Under the pieces are notes generated by a model, which was not told the DNA's origin, made no database searches, and saw nothing but the letters and a program-made list of their open reading frames with translations. The translations under genes and the position numbers were made by a program. Of a stretch of 64,000 nucleotides of DNA, positions 45,723 through 54,851 are shown piece after piece (the stretch's first letter is position 1; each line of letters opens with the position of its first letter). The stretch spans positions 160,419-224,418 of IMG/VR virus record IMGVR_UViG_3300020202_000001; one strand, given 5' to 3'.

Positions 45723-45784
45723 GGTTTCCCGGTCGCGCCTAACATCCCGGGCCGTCTGACGTGTCATGGTCATGGAGGACCGAG

Positions 45785-46132
45785 ATGCGACTGCTGCTCG
45801 TGGAGGATACGCCGTGCATCGGTAGGGCGTTCCAACGCCTACTCCAGTCTCTCGGCCACGAGGTCGAGTGGGCGCAGACGTTCTCGGCCGGCGTGGCGCT
45901 GTGCAGGGAGTGCGAGTACGACCTCGTGCTCACGGACATCGGGTTGCCGGACGGCGACGGCATGGACCTGATCCCCACCGTGGGGCGGGTCCGTGCCGTC
46001 GTCATTTCCGCCTACTCCGACCCCGAGCGCATCGCGGCGGCCCGAGCCCTCGGCTACCTCGACTACATCGTGAAGCCGTGCGACTTCGACATGCTCAAAG
46101 CGGTCGTCGAGCGGTGTGCCCTCGCCTCTTGA
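45785..46132 (+). CDS. single-domain response regulator (receiver)
   Basis: LLLVED, LVLTDIGLPDGDG (phosphoacceptor Asp), SA, YIVKP. Confidence 0.9.
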   Translation: MRLLLVEDTPCIGRAFQRLLQSLGHEVEWAQTFSAGVALCRECEYDLVLTDIGLPDGDGMDLIPTVGRVRAVVISAYSDPERIAAARALGYLDYIVKPCDFDMLKAVVERCALAS

Positions 46133-46165
46133 CTTCCACCCGTTCGGGGGAGAGACTCCTCCCCC

Positions 46166-46561
46166 ATGCCACCTCCGAACAAACCCATCCCGACCCTGAT
46201 GCAGCACCTGCGTCGGGCGTACGGCGAGCGTGTGCTGGAGCTTCGCAAGGCCTCCGACGCGTCTCGCTCCCCGGCCCCGGAAGGGACCAAGCACGCCTCG
46301 GCCTACCCGGACACGCCCGAGGGCAAGGCGTACCAGGCCGCGATCAGCCTCGACGGGTTCGTCGGCTTCTGCGAGGACTACCTCAACGAGCACCGCGTCA
46401 CGGCCCCGTGGTACGCCGACGACGGGCTCGGGCTCATCTTCGCCGACAACACCCGGGTCACGATCAACGTGCAGGGCGAGAACGCCAACAGCGGGCAGAT
46501 GCAGCCCAGCGGGGCGGTCGACGTGATGGAAGGCAAGGGGTTCGGCTCCCACCCGATCTGA
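46166..46561 (+). CDS. hypothetical protein
   Basis: 131 aa, RBS ggag; contains KHAS motif. Confidence 0.7.
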   Translation: MPPPNKPIPTLMQHLRRAYGERVLELRKASDASRSPAPEGTKHASAYPDTPEGKAYQAAISLDGFVGFCEDYLNEHRVTAPWYADDGLGLIFADNTRVTINVQGENANSGQMQPSGAVDVMEGKGFGSHPI

Positions 46562-46565
46562 CGCC

Positions 46566-46880
46566 ATGGTCGACTCCACCGACACCGACGTGGTCTACTT
46601 CGCCAGCATGTACGGCGGCGGGGACCTCATCCGCGTCGACGCCTGCACGCTGGAGAAGTTCGAGGCGTTCGCTCGCCGCAAGTACGGCACGCCCGAGGAT
46701 CACAAGGACTGGTTCTCGAAGCTGTTCGTCGACGAGCGGCCCATGCAGATGCTGGAGCTGCTCAAGGCCGGCAAGCCGGTCGAGGCGTGGGAGAGCAAGC
46801 AGGGCTGGATCGCCGCCGCACGGTCGAGGATCGAGGCCGTCCGGCAGCTGATCGGCGTGATGGAGCGGCTGAAACTATGA
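46566..46880 (+). CDS. hypothetical protein
   Basis: 104 aa, high GC3. Confidence 0.7.
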   Translation: MVDSTDTDVVYFASMYGGGDLIRVDACTLEKFEAFARRKYGTPEDHKDWFSKLFVDERPMQMLELLKAGKPVEAWESKQGWIAAARSRIEAVRQLIGVMERLKL

Positions 46881-47596
46881 AGAACCACGGATACTTCAAG
46901 ACGCCCGAGCACGGCCTCCAGCTGGAGGAGACGATCACGGCCAACGACGCCGAGGGCGTGCGTCACCTGTTCCGCTACTGGTGGGCGTTCGACGTCGGCC
47001 GGCTGATGAACACGGCCCGCGTCCACGACCTCGGGTGCGGCGGCGGGTACGGCTCCCGCATCCTGCTGGAAATCCCCGAGGTCAAGCGGGTCGTCGGCGT
47101 GGACCTGCAGCCCGCCGCCCTGAACATGGCCCGGGGCGACTACGCCGATCCGCGGCTGGCGTGGGCCGAGTTCCACCTGGAGAACCACTGGGAGGACCAC
47201 AAGGAGACGGCGGAGCCGGCCGACCTGATCGCCGCCTTCGAGGTCTTCGAGATGCTCAAGCACCGGGAGTTCTTCCTGGAGCAGGCGGCGGCCAAGCTCG
47301 CCAACGACGGCGTCCTGCTGCTGTCGGCGAACTTCGTCGGCCGGCAGAAGTGCCACTCGGCCCCGACCGACGCGTACTTCCATTACAACCGCCCGGTCCT
47401 CGAACGGCTGCTGAAGCGGTACTTCGGCGTCGTGAAGTTCGCCCAGGACTCCAAGCCCGAGGACGGCGACGTCCTGTTCAAGCTGAAGCACCACTACGAC
47501 GCGGTCGTCCGCAAGGCGGCCGTGAACACCACGAAGAAGTTCGAGCCCTACCCCGTGGGCGACAACGCGATCTTCTGTGCCCAGCCGCTGCGGTAA
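46877..47596 (+). CDS. class I SAM-dependent methyltransferase
   Basis: VHDLGCGGGYG, VVGVD, AAFEVFEML. Confidence 0.85.
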   Translation: MKNHGYFKTPEHGLQLEETITANDAEGVRHLFRYWWAFDVGRLMNTARVHDLGCGGGYGSRILLEIPEVKRVVGVDLQPAALNMARGDYADPRLAWAEFHLENHWEDHKETAEPADLIAAFEVFEMLKHREFFLEQAAAKLANDGVLLLSANFVGRQKCHSAPTDAYFHYNRPVLERLLKRYFGVVKFAQDSKPEDGDVLFKLKHHYDAVVRKAAVNTTKKFEPYPVGDNAIFCAQPLR

Positions 47597-47648
47597 GGTC
47601 CGCACGCGGCACGTTCCCCTGACCCGTAAAGAAGAGAAGGAGCCCACC

Positions 47649-48506
47649 ATGGGCGGTAGCAACCACGCCTCCGAGCCCGAGCAGAAGCCCGAGCCCGTCG
47701 AGTCGAAGCAGATGGGCAAGATCCCTCGGCCCGACATCCGCGACGAGCACCTGAAGGCGATCGGCGGCCTGTTCTTCGACAACTTCTGCGCCGAGCACAA
47801 CGTGCCCGACCAGATGCGGCCGAGCGTCGACCCCAAGCCGTTCATGAACTGGCTGCCGACGCAGGTGGCGAAGTACACGTACGAGACCCTGCAGGCGGCG
47901 CTGGAGCCGGTGAAGATCACGCCCGACTCCGCCCGGTTCATGCTGGAGCTGCCGTTCAAGGGCTACGGGCCGAACCACATCATCGCCCTGTGGCCGTTCC
48001 TGACGCTCAAGGACCGCCCCCGCAGGCACCAGGTCCACAGCGTGAACATGATGGTGGCGATCCAGTTCGTCGACGGCACGGTCGTGCCGATCAACATGCT
48101 GGCCCACAAGGACGTCAGCAGCGAGCCGCTCGACGACGCCCACGTCGTGCACCTGGTCATCACCCGCACGCCGGACATCGCCACCCAGATCAGCCTCGCC
48201 GGCCTCGACGTGCTGCACGACAAGCACGCCCCCAAGATGCAGGGCTTCGTCTCGCCGAAGATCGTGGGCCTGGTCAGGCAGCTGATCGCCAAGGCACCCA
48301 CGGCCGCGGGGCACAGCGGCGAGGGCGTCGTGGACGTCGCCGACCCGACCGCGATCCGCCTCACCGACGAGGACCGGCACAAGGCCAACATGCTGATCTC
48401 GTTCGTCGAGCAGCTCTTCCCGGGCGAGATCCCGGACAACGTGAAGGCCAAGATCACCGGCCAGCACCTGAAGCAGGAGACGCCGGGCGGGTTCGACGAG
48501 GGTTGA
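47649..48506 (+). CDS. hypothetical protein
   Basis: RBS aaggag, high GC3. Confidence 0.75.
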   Translation: MGGSNHASEPEQKPEPVESKQMGKIPRPDIRDEHLKAIGGLFFDNFCAEHNVPDQMRPSVDPKPFMNWLPTQVAKYTYETLQAALEPVKITPDSARFMLELPFKGYGPNHIIALWPFLTLKDRPRRHQVHSVNMMVAIQFVDGTVVPINMLAHKDVSSEPLDDAHVVHLVITRTPDIATQISLAGLDVLHDKHAPKMQGFVSPKIVGLVRQLIAKAPTAAGHSGEGVVDVADPTAIRLTDEDRHKANMLISFVEQLFPGEIPDNVKAKITGQHLKQETPGGFDEG

Positions 48507-48656
48507 GCCCCCGAAACGAGTTGCACGCCTCCGTGCGATGTGAGGAAGCGGGCCGTCCCGGTCGGGGCGGCTCGTCTTCGTTGACGCTAAACGTGCGGGC
48601 GGCGATGATGGGTTCTGTCAAGGATGACAACGCCCCCGAAGTCAAAGGAGTGACAG

Positions 48657-49256
48657 ATGCCCGCCAAGAGTAAGAGCCAGCAGCGGTTCTTCGGTATGGT
48701 CCACGCCGCGCAGAAGGGCGGGAAGGGGACCAAGAACCCCGCCGTCGCCTCCGCCGCCAAGAAGATGAGCCCCGACAGCGTCGGGCACTTCGCCAAGACG
48801 AAGCACAAGGGCCTGCCGGACAAGAAGGCCGCCGCCAAGTTCGCCGCCGACGCCGCCACCGTGCTCGCCGTCGAGGAGCCCGCGTTCTCGAAGGTGGCCG
48901 CGGACGTGCTCCGCTCCCACGACCTCCACTGGGCGATCTTCAACGCCTTCCCCACCCGGACCAAGCAGGCCCGGGAGCGGATCTTCTCCGTCATCGTCAA
49001 GGCCGCCTCCGCCCTCCAGAAGCGGGCGAACGGCATGGGCATGGGCGGGGCCGCCCCGATGCCGGCCGGTGCCGACGCCGGCGGGGCGGGCGGGGACATG
49101 ATGGGCATGGGGGCCGCCCTCGGCGGCATGGGCGCTGCCCCGGGCGGGATGGCCAGCGCCGGCAGCGGCATGGGCTCGCCGCCCGCCCAGAACGTCCCGA
49201 CCACGAGCCCGATGAGCTTCAACGGCAGCCCCACCCAGGGCTTCGCAGGCTTCTAA
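48657..49256 (+). CDS. phage protein with DUF3008-like N-terminus, probable virion-associated
   Basis: MPAKSKSQQRFFGMVHA...FAKTKHKGLP; K-x-A motifs; G/M-rich tail. Confidence 0.6.
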   Translation: MPAKSKSQQRFFGMVHAAQKGGKGTKNPAVASAAKKMSPDSVGHFAKTKHKGLPDKKAAAKFAADAATVLAVEEPAFSKVAADVLRSHDLHWAIFNAFPTRTKQARERIFSVIVKAASALQKRANGMGMGGAAPMPAGADAGGAGGDMMGMGAALGGMGAAPGGMASAGSGMGSPPAQNVPTTSPMSFNGSPTQGFAGF

Positions 49257-49344
49257 CCACCTCGTCGTGATCTGTCCGAGACGGCTTTACCTTAGGACCG
49301 GCGGGCGGGGCCTGGTAATCCCGCCCGCCGCCTGAGGTGACCGC

Positions 49345-49368
49345 GATCTCAAAACCGGTTTTTGGATC
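49345..49368. promoter_or_regulatory. 24-bp palindrome copy
   Basis: gatctc-aaaa-ccgg-tttt-tggatc. Confidence 0.85.
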
Positions 49369-49391
49369 TCCTCAAGGAAGAGGGTATTCGC

Positions 49392-50429
49392 ATGCAACAC
49401 AACGCCCGCATGGACGCGAACAAGCTGTACGTCGTCACCGCGATCTCGAACCCGGTGAGGTACGCCAGCCGCTACAAGCTGTACTTCGAGTTCGAGAAGC
49501 GGATGCGGGACGCCGGCGTCACGCTCATCACGGTCGAGGTGCAGCTGGGCGACCGCCCGTTCTGCGTCACCGAGCGTGACAACGTGAACCACGTCCAGCT
49601 CCGCACCTGGTCCGAGATCTGGCACAAGGAGAACGCCCTCAACATCGGCGTGCAGCACCTGTCGCAGATCCACCCGGACTGGGAGTACGTCGGCTGGTTC
49701 GACGCGGACATCAGCTTCGCCAACCCGGCCTGGGCCACGGAGACGATCCAGGCCCTCCAGCACCACATGCTCGTGCAGCCGTGGTCGCACACGCTCGACC
49801 TGAAGCCGGACTTCGCCCCGTGCGAGTGGTTCTACAAGACGGGGAAGGAGACGCTGAAGCCCGCGAGCTGGGGCTACTGCCACGTCAACGGCGTGCCGAT
49901 GGCCAACACGGACCTGGGCAAGAGCCTGGCCAACGGCGGGAAGATGGACCGCAGCTGTGACGGGTACGGCGAGCAGGGCGGCACGTACTACTGGCACCCG
50001 GGCTTCGCCTGGGCCGCGCGGCGTGAGGCGTGGGACCACCTGGGCGGGCTGATCGACTACAGCATCCTCGGGGCCGCGGACTACATCATGGGGGCGGCGC
50101 TCACGGGGAAGGGAGAGGTCGGCCTCGCCTCGTGGATGCACCCGAACTACGTCCGGTGGATCAAGCAGTGGAAGGACCGGGCCGACAAGTACATCCAGGG
50201 CGACGTCGGGTACGTGCCCGGCCTGCTCCTGCACTACTGGCACGGGAAGAAGGCCCAGCGGGGCTACAAGGACCGGTGGCGGATCTTCCACGACCACGGC
50301 TTCGACCCCGAGCTGGACCTGAAGCGTGACAGCCAGGGCCTGTACCAGCTGACCGACCGCAGCCCCGGCCTCCGCGACGGGTGCCGGGCGTACTTCCGCC
50401 AGCGGAACGAGGACAGCGTCGACTGCTAG
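49392..50429 (+). CDS. GT-A fold glycosyltransferase-like protein
   Basis: WHKENALNIG, WFDADI (DxD), HPGFAWA, HYWHG. Confidence 0.65.
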   Translation: MQHNARMDANKLYVVTAISNPVRYASRYKLYFEFEKRMRDAGVTLITVEVQLGDRPFCVTERDNVNHVQLRTWSEIWHKENALNIGVQHLSQIHPDWEYVGWFDADISFANPAWATETIQALQHHMLVQPWSHTLDLKPDFAPCEWFYKTGKETLKPASWGYCHVNGVPMANTDLGKSLANGGKMDRSCDGYGEQGGTYYWHPGFAWAARREAWDHLGGLIDYSILGAADYIMGAALTGKGEVGLASWMHPNYVRWIKQWKDRADKYIQGDVGYVPGLLLHYWHGKKAQRGYKDRWRIFHDHGFDPELDLKRDSQGLYQLTDRSPGLRDGCRAYFRQRNEDSVDC

Positions 50430-50514
50430 GGGCGACCGTCCCCGCAAACGACCCTCGGCGGTTTTCAGACCCCGTTAGACCAGTAGCATCACCAGCACAG
50501 AGGAGACCAGACAG

Positions 50515-53500
50515 ATGAGCATGATCCCCGGACAGCAGATGGGCGGACCGATGGGTAGCCCCGGCATGGGCATGGCCCCGAGCATGAGCGGCAGCATGGC
50601 GTTCCCCCGCAGCCTGTTCGGTGGCATGGGGCGAGGCATGAAGGCACCGCCCAACCCGGCCGCACACCCCCAGGCACCCCAGAGCCAGCCCGCCACCGCA
50701 GACGTGGTCGGGCAGATGGCACAGCAGGCCCACCAGCAGAACGCCCAGGCCAAGATCGCCGGTTTCGAGGCGCGCCGTAACGAGCCCGGTCTGCAGCAGC
50801 CCAGCAGCGTCGACCCGGTGAAGACGGCCTACGAGCAGTATCAGGCCCAGCTAGGCCAGAGCCAGAGCACGGGGAGCACCGTTGCCCAGGCCCAAACCGG
50901 GGTGGACGGCCTCCCCAAGGGCCAGAAGACGGCGGCGGCTGCCGTAACTGCTGCTGCCTCGACGGCGGCGGCGGATTTCCACGGCAATCCGTCCACATGG
51001 GCCGCCCTTCGAGCCCTGCCACTAACGAACAAGCGCGCCAGCGCCGTGCCGCCCCCCGCCCAGGCCCTCCCCGCCGACCCGGGCATGGGGCCGATGAGCA
51101 CGGCCATCTCCGCACCGCCCGCAGCACCGGCAGCGGCGGCTCCGGCACCCGTTGGAGGGACGCCCCCAGCGCAGCCGGACCCCGCCATGGGCGGACAGGC
51201 GGGCGGGATGGCCCAGGCTCCGGCCCCTGCCCCGGCGGCGGGCGGGATGGCGGCACCGGCACCGGCACCGGGCATGCCGCCCGTCCCCGGTCAGGCACCG
51301 GCCCAGATGCCCCCGGGCACGATGCAGCAGGACGCCGGCGTGCAGCAGTCCATGGGGGAACTCTTTCAGGAAGCGAACGCTCCCGACTCCGCAGGTGACG
51401 ACATGAAGTTCCAGAACATCGTGCAGGCCTCCGACCACTGGGGGCTCGAACGCTTCGCGAAGACCGCCGCGCCGGGCGACCTGTTCGACGTCGAGGGCGA
51501 CCTCGCCGCGATGGACGCCGAGCAGCAGCCCGCCGTGAAGCAGAAGCCCGCCCTCCCGCCCGTGGCCGCCAAGCCGCCCGCGACGCGTCCGGCGGCCCCC
51601 GCCACGCAGCCCGCAGGAGCCCCGCAGGGCGTTCGACCCCCTCAGGGCACACCCCAGGCCCCGAAAATCGCTCCTGGGCCGTCTGGTAGCCTCCCCGGGG
51701 CATCCCGGCCGCCCGTCCAGCCGCGTCCCGTGCCGGTTCAGCCCGGTGCGGGGCGGGCTCAGCCGCTGCCGACCGCCCCGCCGGCCGCCAAGCCCGTGCC
51801 CGTGCGTCCGCCCGCCACCCGTCCGGCCCCGGTCGCCCCCGGCTCGGGGATGATTAACGGGAAGCCGGCGAGCCAGGTGCTCAAGGGCATCCCGAAGCAG
51901 GGCTCGACCGTGCAGGACGACGCGGCCGAGGCGGCCCTCCGCACGTTCGTGTTCGGCAAGCAGGCGTGGCAGGACAACGGCGTGAAGGACCGCACCTCGG
52001 CGAGCGGCGAGAGCACGAACGTCGGGTTCGCCCACCGCAACGACGACTACGACCGCGGCCCGGCCGCGTGGGAGAACAGCGCGAAGTACCTGAAGCACGG
52101 GGCCAAGGGCGGCGACCGCCGCATCCCGTCGAGCAGCACCACGAAGCTCGCCAAGGCCCGCCAGGGCGAGACGACGTTCGGGCAGGACAGCAAGCCGGGC
52201 GACAAGCTCGCCCAGCTCGTGAAGAAGATCCTGTCCAAGCGGGGCGTGAAGCCCGCCCCGGGGACCAAGCAGGCGGCCAACCTCGCCAACGAGGCCAAGC
52301 GGCAGGGCATCTACCAGGGGGCGACGCAGGCCCCGGCACCGGCCCCCGCCGGCCGCCCCGCCGCCGCGACCAAGCTCCCGCCGATGGTGACGGGTGCCGC
52401 CCCGGCCATGCCGAAGGCGGCCGGGTACGGCGCGTTGGCCGGTGTCGGGGCCGCCCTCGGCGGCCTGCTCGGCGGCGGGGCGTACGTGGCTGCGAACCCG
52501 ACCGCCCCCTCGCGGCTGGCGGCGATGGGCACGGACTCCACCGCCTTCCCCGGGGCGGTCAACAGCGTCGGCGGCGGGGCGTTGCTCGGCGGGGCCGGCG
52601 GTGCCCTCGTCGAATACCTCCGCCGCCGCAAGGCCGAGGCGGAACAGCCGGCGACGCTCCCGGGCACGGCCAAGGCGGCCGCCGCGGTCGCCGCCAAGAA
52701 GCCGTTCCCCGCCACGGCCGGGCTCCTGCAGACGGAGAACGACCTGCGGGAGGACGAGGAGGCCGAGAAGGTGGCCCTGACCGTCGAGGACGGCGGGCTG
52801 CCGAGCCGCGCCCTGGCGAACACGGTCGGGCACGTCGGCAACACGCTCGGGCTGGCCGGGCCGATCATGTCCCTGCGGTCGTACGTGAACCCGCAGGGCA
52901 CGCCGCAGCGGCGGCAGAAGCACGAGGAGTCGGCCGGGCTGCTGGAGGCGGCCGAGCCGGACGCCCTCTCGGGCACGAAGCTCCGCCTCGGCGGGTCGGA
53001 CCTGGTCGACGACCTCCTGTGGAAGCGGGAGGAGCCCGGGCAGGACCTCCCGTGGACGCAGCAGATCGGCGGGCGGAACTTCCAGAACCCCCGCACCGGG
53101 CCGCTCGGCAAGGCGCTGGGACTGATCTCGACCCCGCTGGCCGCCCTGCAGGGCAACCTGCTGCGTGCGCCGCACTACAACCCCGAGACCGACGTCGCCA
53201 CGAACTACTGGGACGAGCGGGGCGTGACCGAGCACGAGCTGGGCCACGCGATCGACTTCAACACCGTGTCGAGCGAGAAGGGCAAGGGCAAGGTCAGCGA
53301 CTCGTGGCTCGGCCGCCAGGGCCGCGGGACGGTGCGGGACCTGTACCGCCTCGCCTACGGCATCCCGGGCGTCAACCTGTGGCACGAGGCCCAGGCGAAC
53401 CGCAAGAGCTGGAAGGCCCTCGAATCGCAGCTCGGCAAGGGGAGCGACAAGCTCCTGGAGCACGAGTACGACCGGGCGAAGGTCCTGCCGGCCGGGTACG

Positions 53501-54159
53501 GCTCGTACATCGGCAACACGCTGTCCCCGCTCCTCGGCCCGGCCGGGGCGATCGGCGGCATGGTCGGCGGCAAGGTGGTCGGCACCGCCCGCCGCGACGC
53601 GATCGAGAGCGAGCAGCGAGCCCGGGCCGCCGAGAAGCGCCGGGGGTGGAGCGAGCGTGACGGCGACAACGACGGGCACGTCAACGACGGCCGCCCGGAC
53701 GAGCGGGACTACCGCAAGGCCGCCGGCTTCCTCGACAACGTCAAGAACACGGACTGGAAGGCCGCCCTCCCGGGCGTCGCCGGCCGGGCCGGGGTCGGGG
53801 CGGCGCTGGGCGGCGGCGTGGCCGGGATCGCCCACCTGATGAAGGGCGACGAGGAGAAGAAGCGGAAGGGCAACGGTGCCCTGGCCACGGTCGGCAAGGG
53901 AGCCCTGCTCGGCGGCGGGATCGGGACGGGCATCGGCCTGTCCCGCGAGGTGGTCGGCCCGGCCCTGAAGAAGGGGTCGGCCGTCGACCGGCTCGTCAAG
54001 CGTGCCGCCCTCCGCGCGTTCGTGAAGAAGGCGGCCGTCACGCCGGGCCTGGCCCAGCGGCTGCGGAAGATGAAGGCGGAGAAGACCGTCCGCCAGTACC
54101 AGCCCGCCACGGACTCGATCCGCAGCGGGGACAGCGACAACGACGTGAAGGCGGCCTGA
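50515..54159 (+). CDS. large modular low-complexity protein (putative virion polyprotein) with HExxH metallopeptidase module
   Basis: 1214 aa; P/A/G/Q-rich; recurrent K-x-A motifs; TEHELGH plus downstream LWHEAQAN; glycine-zipper segments. Confidence 0.8.
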   Translation: MSMIPGQQMGGPMGSPGMGMAPSMSGSMAFPRSLFGGMGRGMKAPPNPAAHPQAPQSQPATADVVGQMAQQAHQQNAQAKIAGFEARRNEPGLQQPSSVDPVKTAYEQYQAQLGQSQSTGSTVAQAQTGVDGLPKGQKTAAAAVTAAASTAAADFHGNPSTWAALRALPLTNKRASAVPPPAQALPADPGMGPMSTAISAPPAAPAAAAPAPVGGTPPAQPDPAMGGQAGGMAQAPAPAPAAGGMAAPAPAPGMPPVPGQAPAQMPPGTMQQDAGVQQSMGELFQEANAPDSAGDDMKFQNIVQASDHWGLERFAKTAAPGDLFDVEGDLAAMDAEQQPAVKQKPALPPVAAKPPATRPAAPATQPAGAPQGVRPPQGTPQAPKIAPGPSGSLPGASRPPVQPRPVPVQPGAGRAQPLPTAPPAAKPVPVRPPATRPAPVAPGSGMINGKPASQVLKGIPKQGSTVQDDAAEAALRTFVFGKQAWQDNGVKDRTSASGESTNVGFAHRNDDYDRGPAAWENSAKYLKHGAKGGDRRIPSSSTTKLAKARQGETTFGQDSKPGDKLAQLVKKILSKRGVKPAPGTKQAANLANEAKRQGIYQGATQAPAPAPAGRPAAATKLPPMVTGAAPAMPKAAGYGALAGVGAALGGLLGGGAYVAANPTAPSRLAAMGTDSTAFPGAVNSVGGGALLGGAGGALVEYLRRRKAEAEQPATLPGTAKAAAAVAAKKPFPATAGLLQTENDLREDEEAEKVALTVEDGGLPSRALANTVGHVGNTLGLAGPIMSLRSYVNPQGTPQRRQKHEESAGLLEAAEPDALSGTKLRLGGSDLVDDLLWKREEPGQDLPWTQQIGGRNFQNPRTGPLGKALGLISTPLAALQGNLLRAPHYNPETDVATNYWDERGVTEHELGHAIDFNTVSSEKGKGKVSDSWLGRQGRGTVRDLYRLAYGIPGVNLWHEAQANRKSWKALESQLGKGSDKLLEHEYDRAKVLPAGYGSYIGNTLSPLLGPAGAIGGMVGGKVVGTARRDAIESEQRARAAEKRRGWSERDGDNDGHVNDGRPDERDYRKAAGFLDNVKNTDWKAALPGVAGRAGVGAALGGGVAGIAHLMKGDEEKKRKGNGALATVGKGALLGGGIGTGIGLSREVVGPALKKGSAVDRLVKRAALRAFVKKAAVTPGLAQRLRKMKAEKTVRQYQPATDSIRSGDSDNDVKAA

Positions 54160-54181
54160 TCTCAAAACCGGTTTTGGGATC
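54158..54181. promoter_or_regulatory. 24-bp palindrome copy
   Basis: gatctc-aaaa-ccgg-tttt-gggatc. Confidence 0.85.
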
Positions 54182-54216
54182 GCTCGCCGCCCGGGGCTCG
54201 GACAAGGAGGTCCACC

Positions 54217-54792
54217 GTGCGTAGGCGAACAGCCCTTAGCGTTGCAGCGTTCATCCTCGCCCTCCTGACCGGGTGCATCGCCCGGCAGGAGGCGAGGATG
54301 CACGACCCCGAGCCGATCCGGCTTGAGGTCACGCTGCCGGTCCCGAAGCCGCAGGCCCCCCGGCCGTCGTACGCCGCGAGCACGCAGCCCACGACCAGGC
54401 CCGGCCCGCCCGTCTGGTCGAAGCACACGCAGTGGGTGACCCTGAACGGGGACATCAGCGGCGGCGAGCAGATGTGGGCCGACGAGTTCCGCTACCACCT
54501 GACCGAGGCCCCGATCGTCCTCGTCTGCCACGGGGACACGGTCACGCACAAGGGCCAGTGGTGGCTGATCCCCGACGTCGGCCCCTCGATCAGGGCGGAC
54601 GGCGAGGACGGGGCGATCGCCAGGCTGCAGCGGAAGTACCCGGGGCAGCCGGTCGTCCTGATCTCGTGCAACGAGGCGGGCATGGAGCTGCGGATGCCCG
54701 GCGTCTGGTACGCCCGCCAGAAGGTCTGGAGCCGCCCCACCACCAAGCCCGAGCACGCAAAGCGGTGGAGCGACTTTGAGGTCGGCCGCTGA
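54217..54792 (+). CDS. lipoprotein with caspase-fold-like His/Cys motifs
   Basis: signal peptide ending LLTGC (lipobox); IVLVCHG and VVLISCN. Confidence 0.6.
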   Translation: MRRRTALSVAAFILALLTGCIARQEARMHDPEPIRLEVTLPVPKPQAPRPSYAASTQPTTRPGPPVWSKHTQWVTLNGDISGGEQMWADEFRYHLTEAPIVLVCHGDTVTHKGQWWLIPDVGPSIRADGEDGAIARLQRKYPGQPVVLISCNEAGMELRMPGVWYARQKVWSRPTTKPEHAKRWSDFEVGR

Positions 54793-54851
54793 CCGGGTAC
54801 GATGAACGGGTGCCACGGACGGCACGGGACGCTAGGCAAGGACGCCCACGC

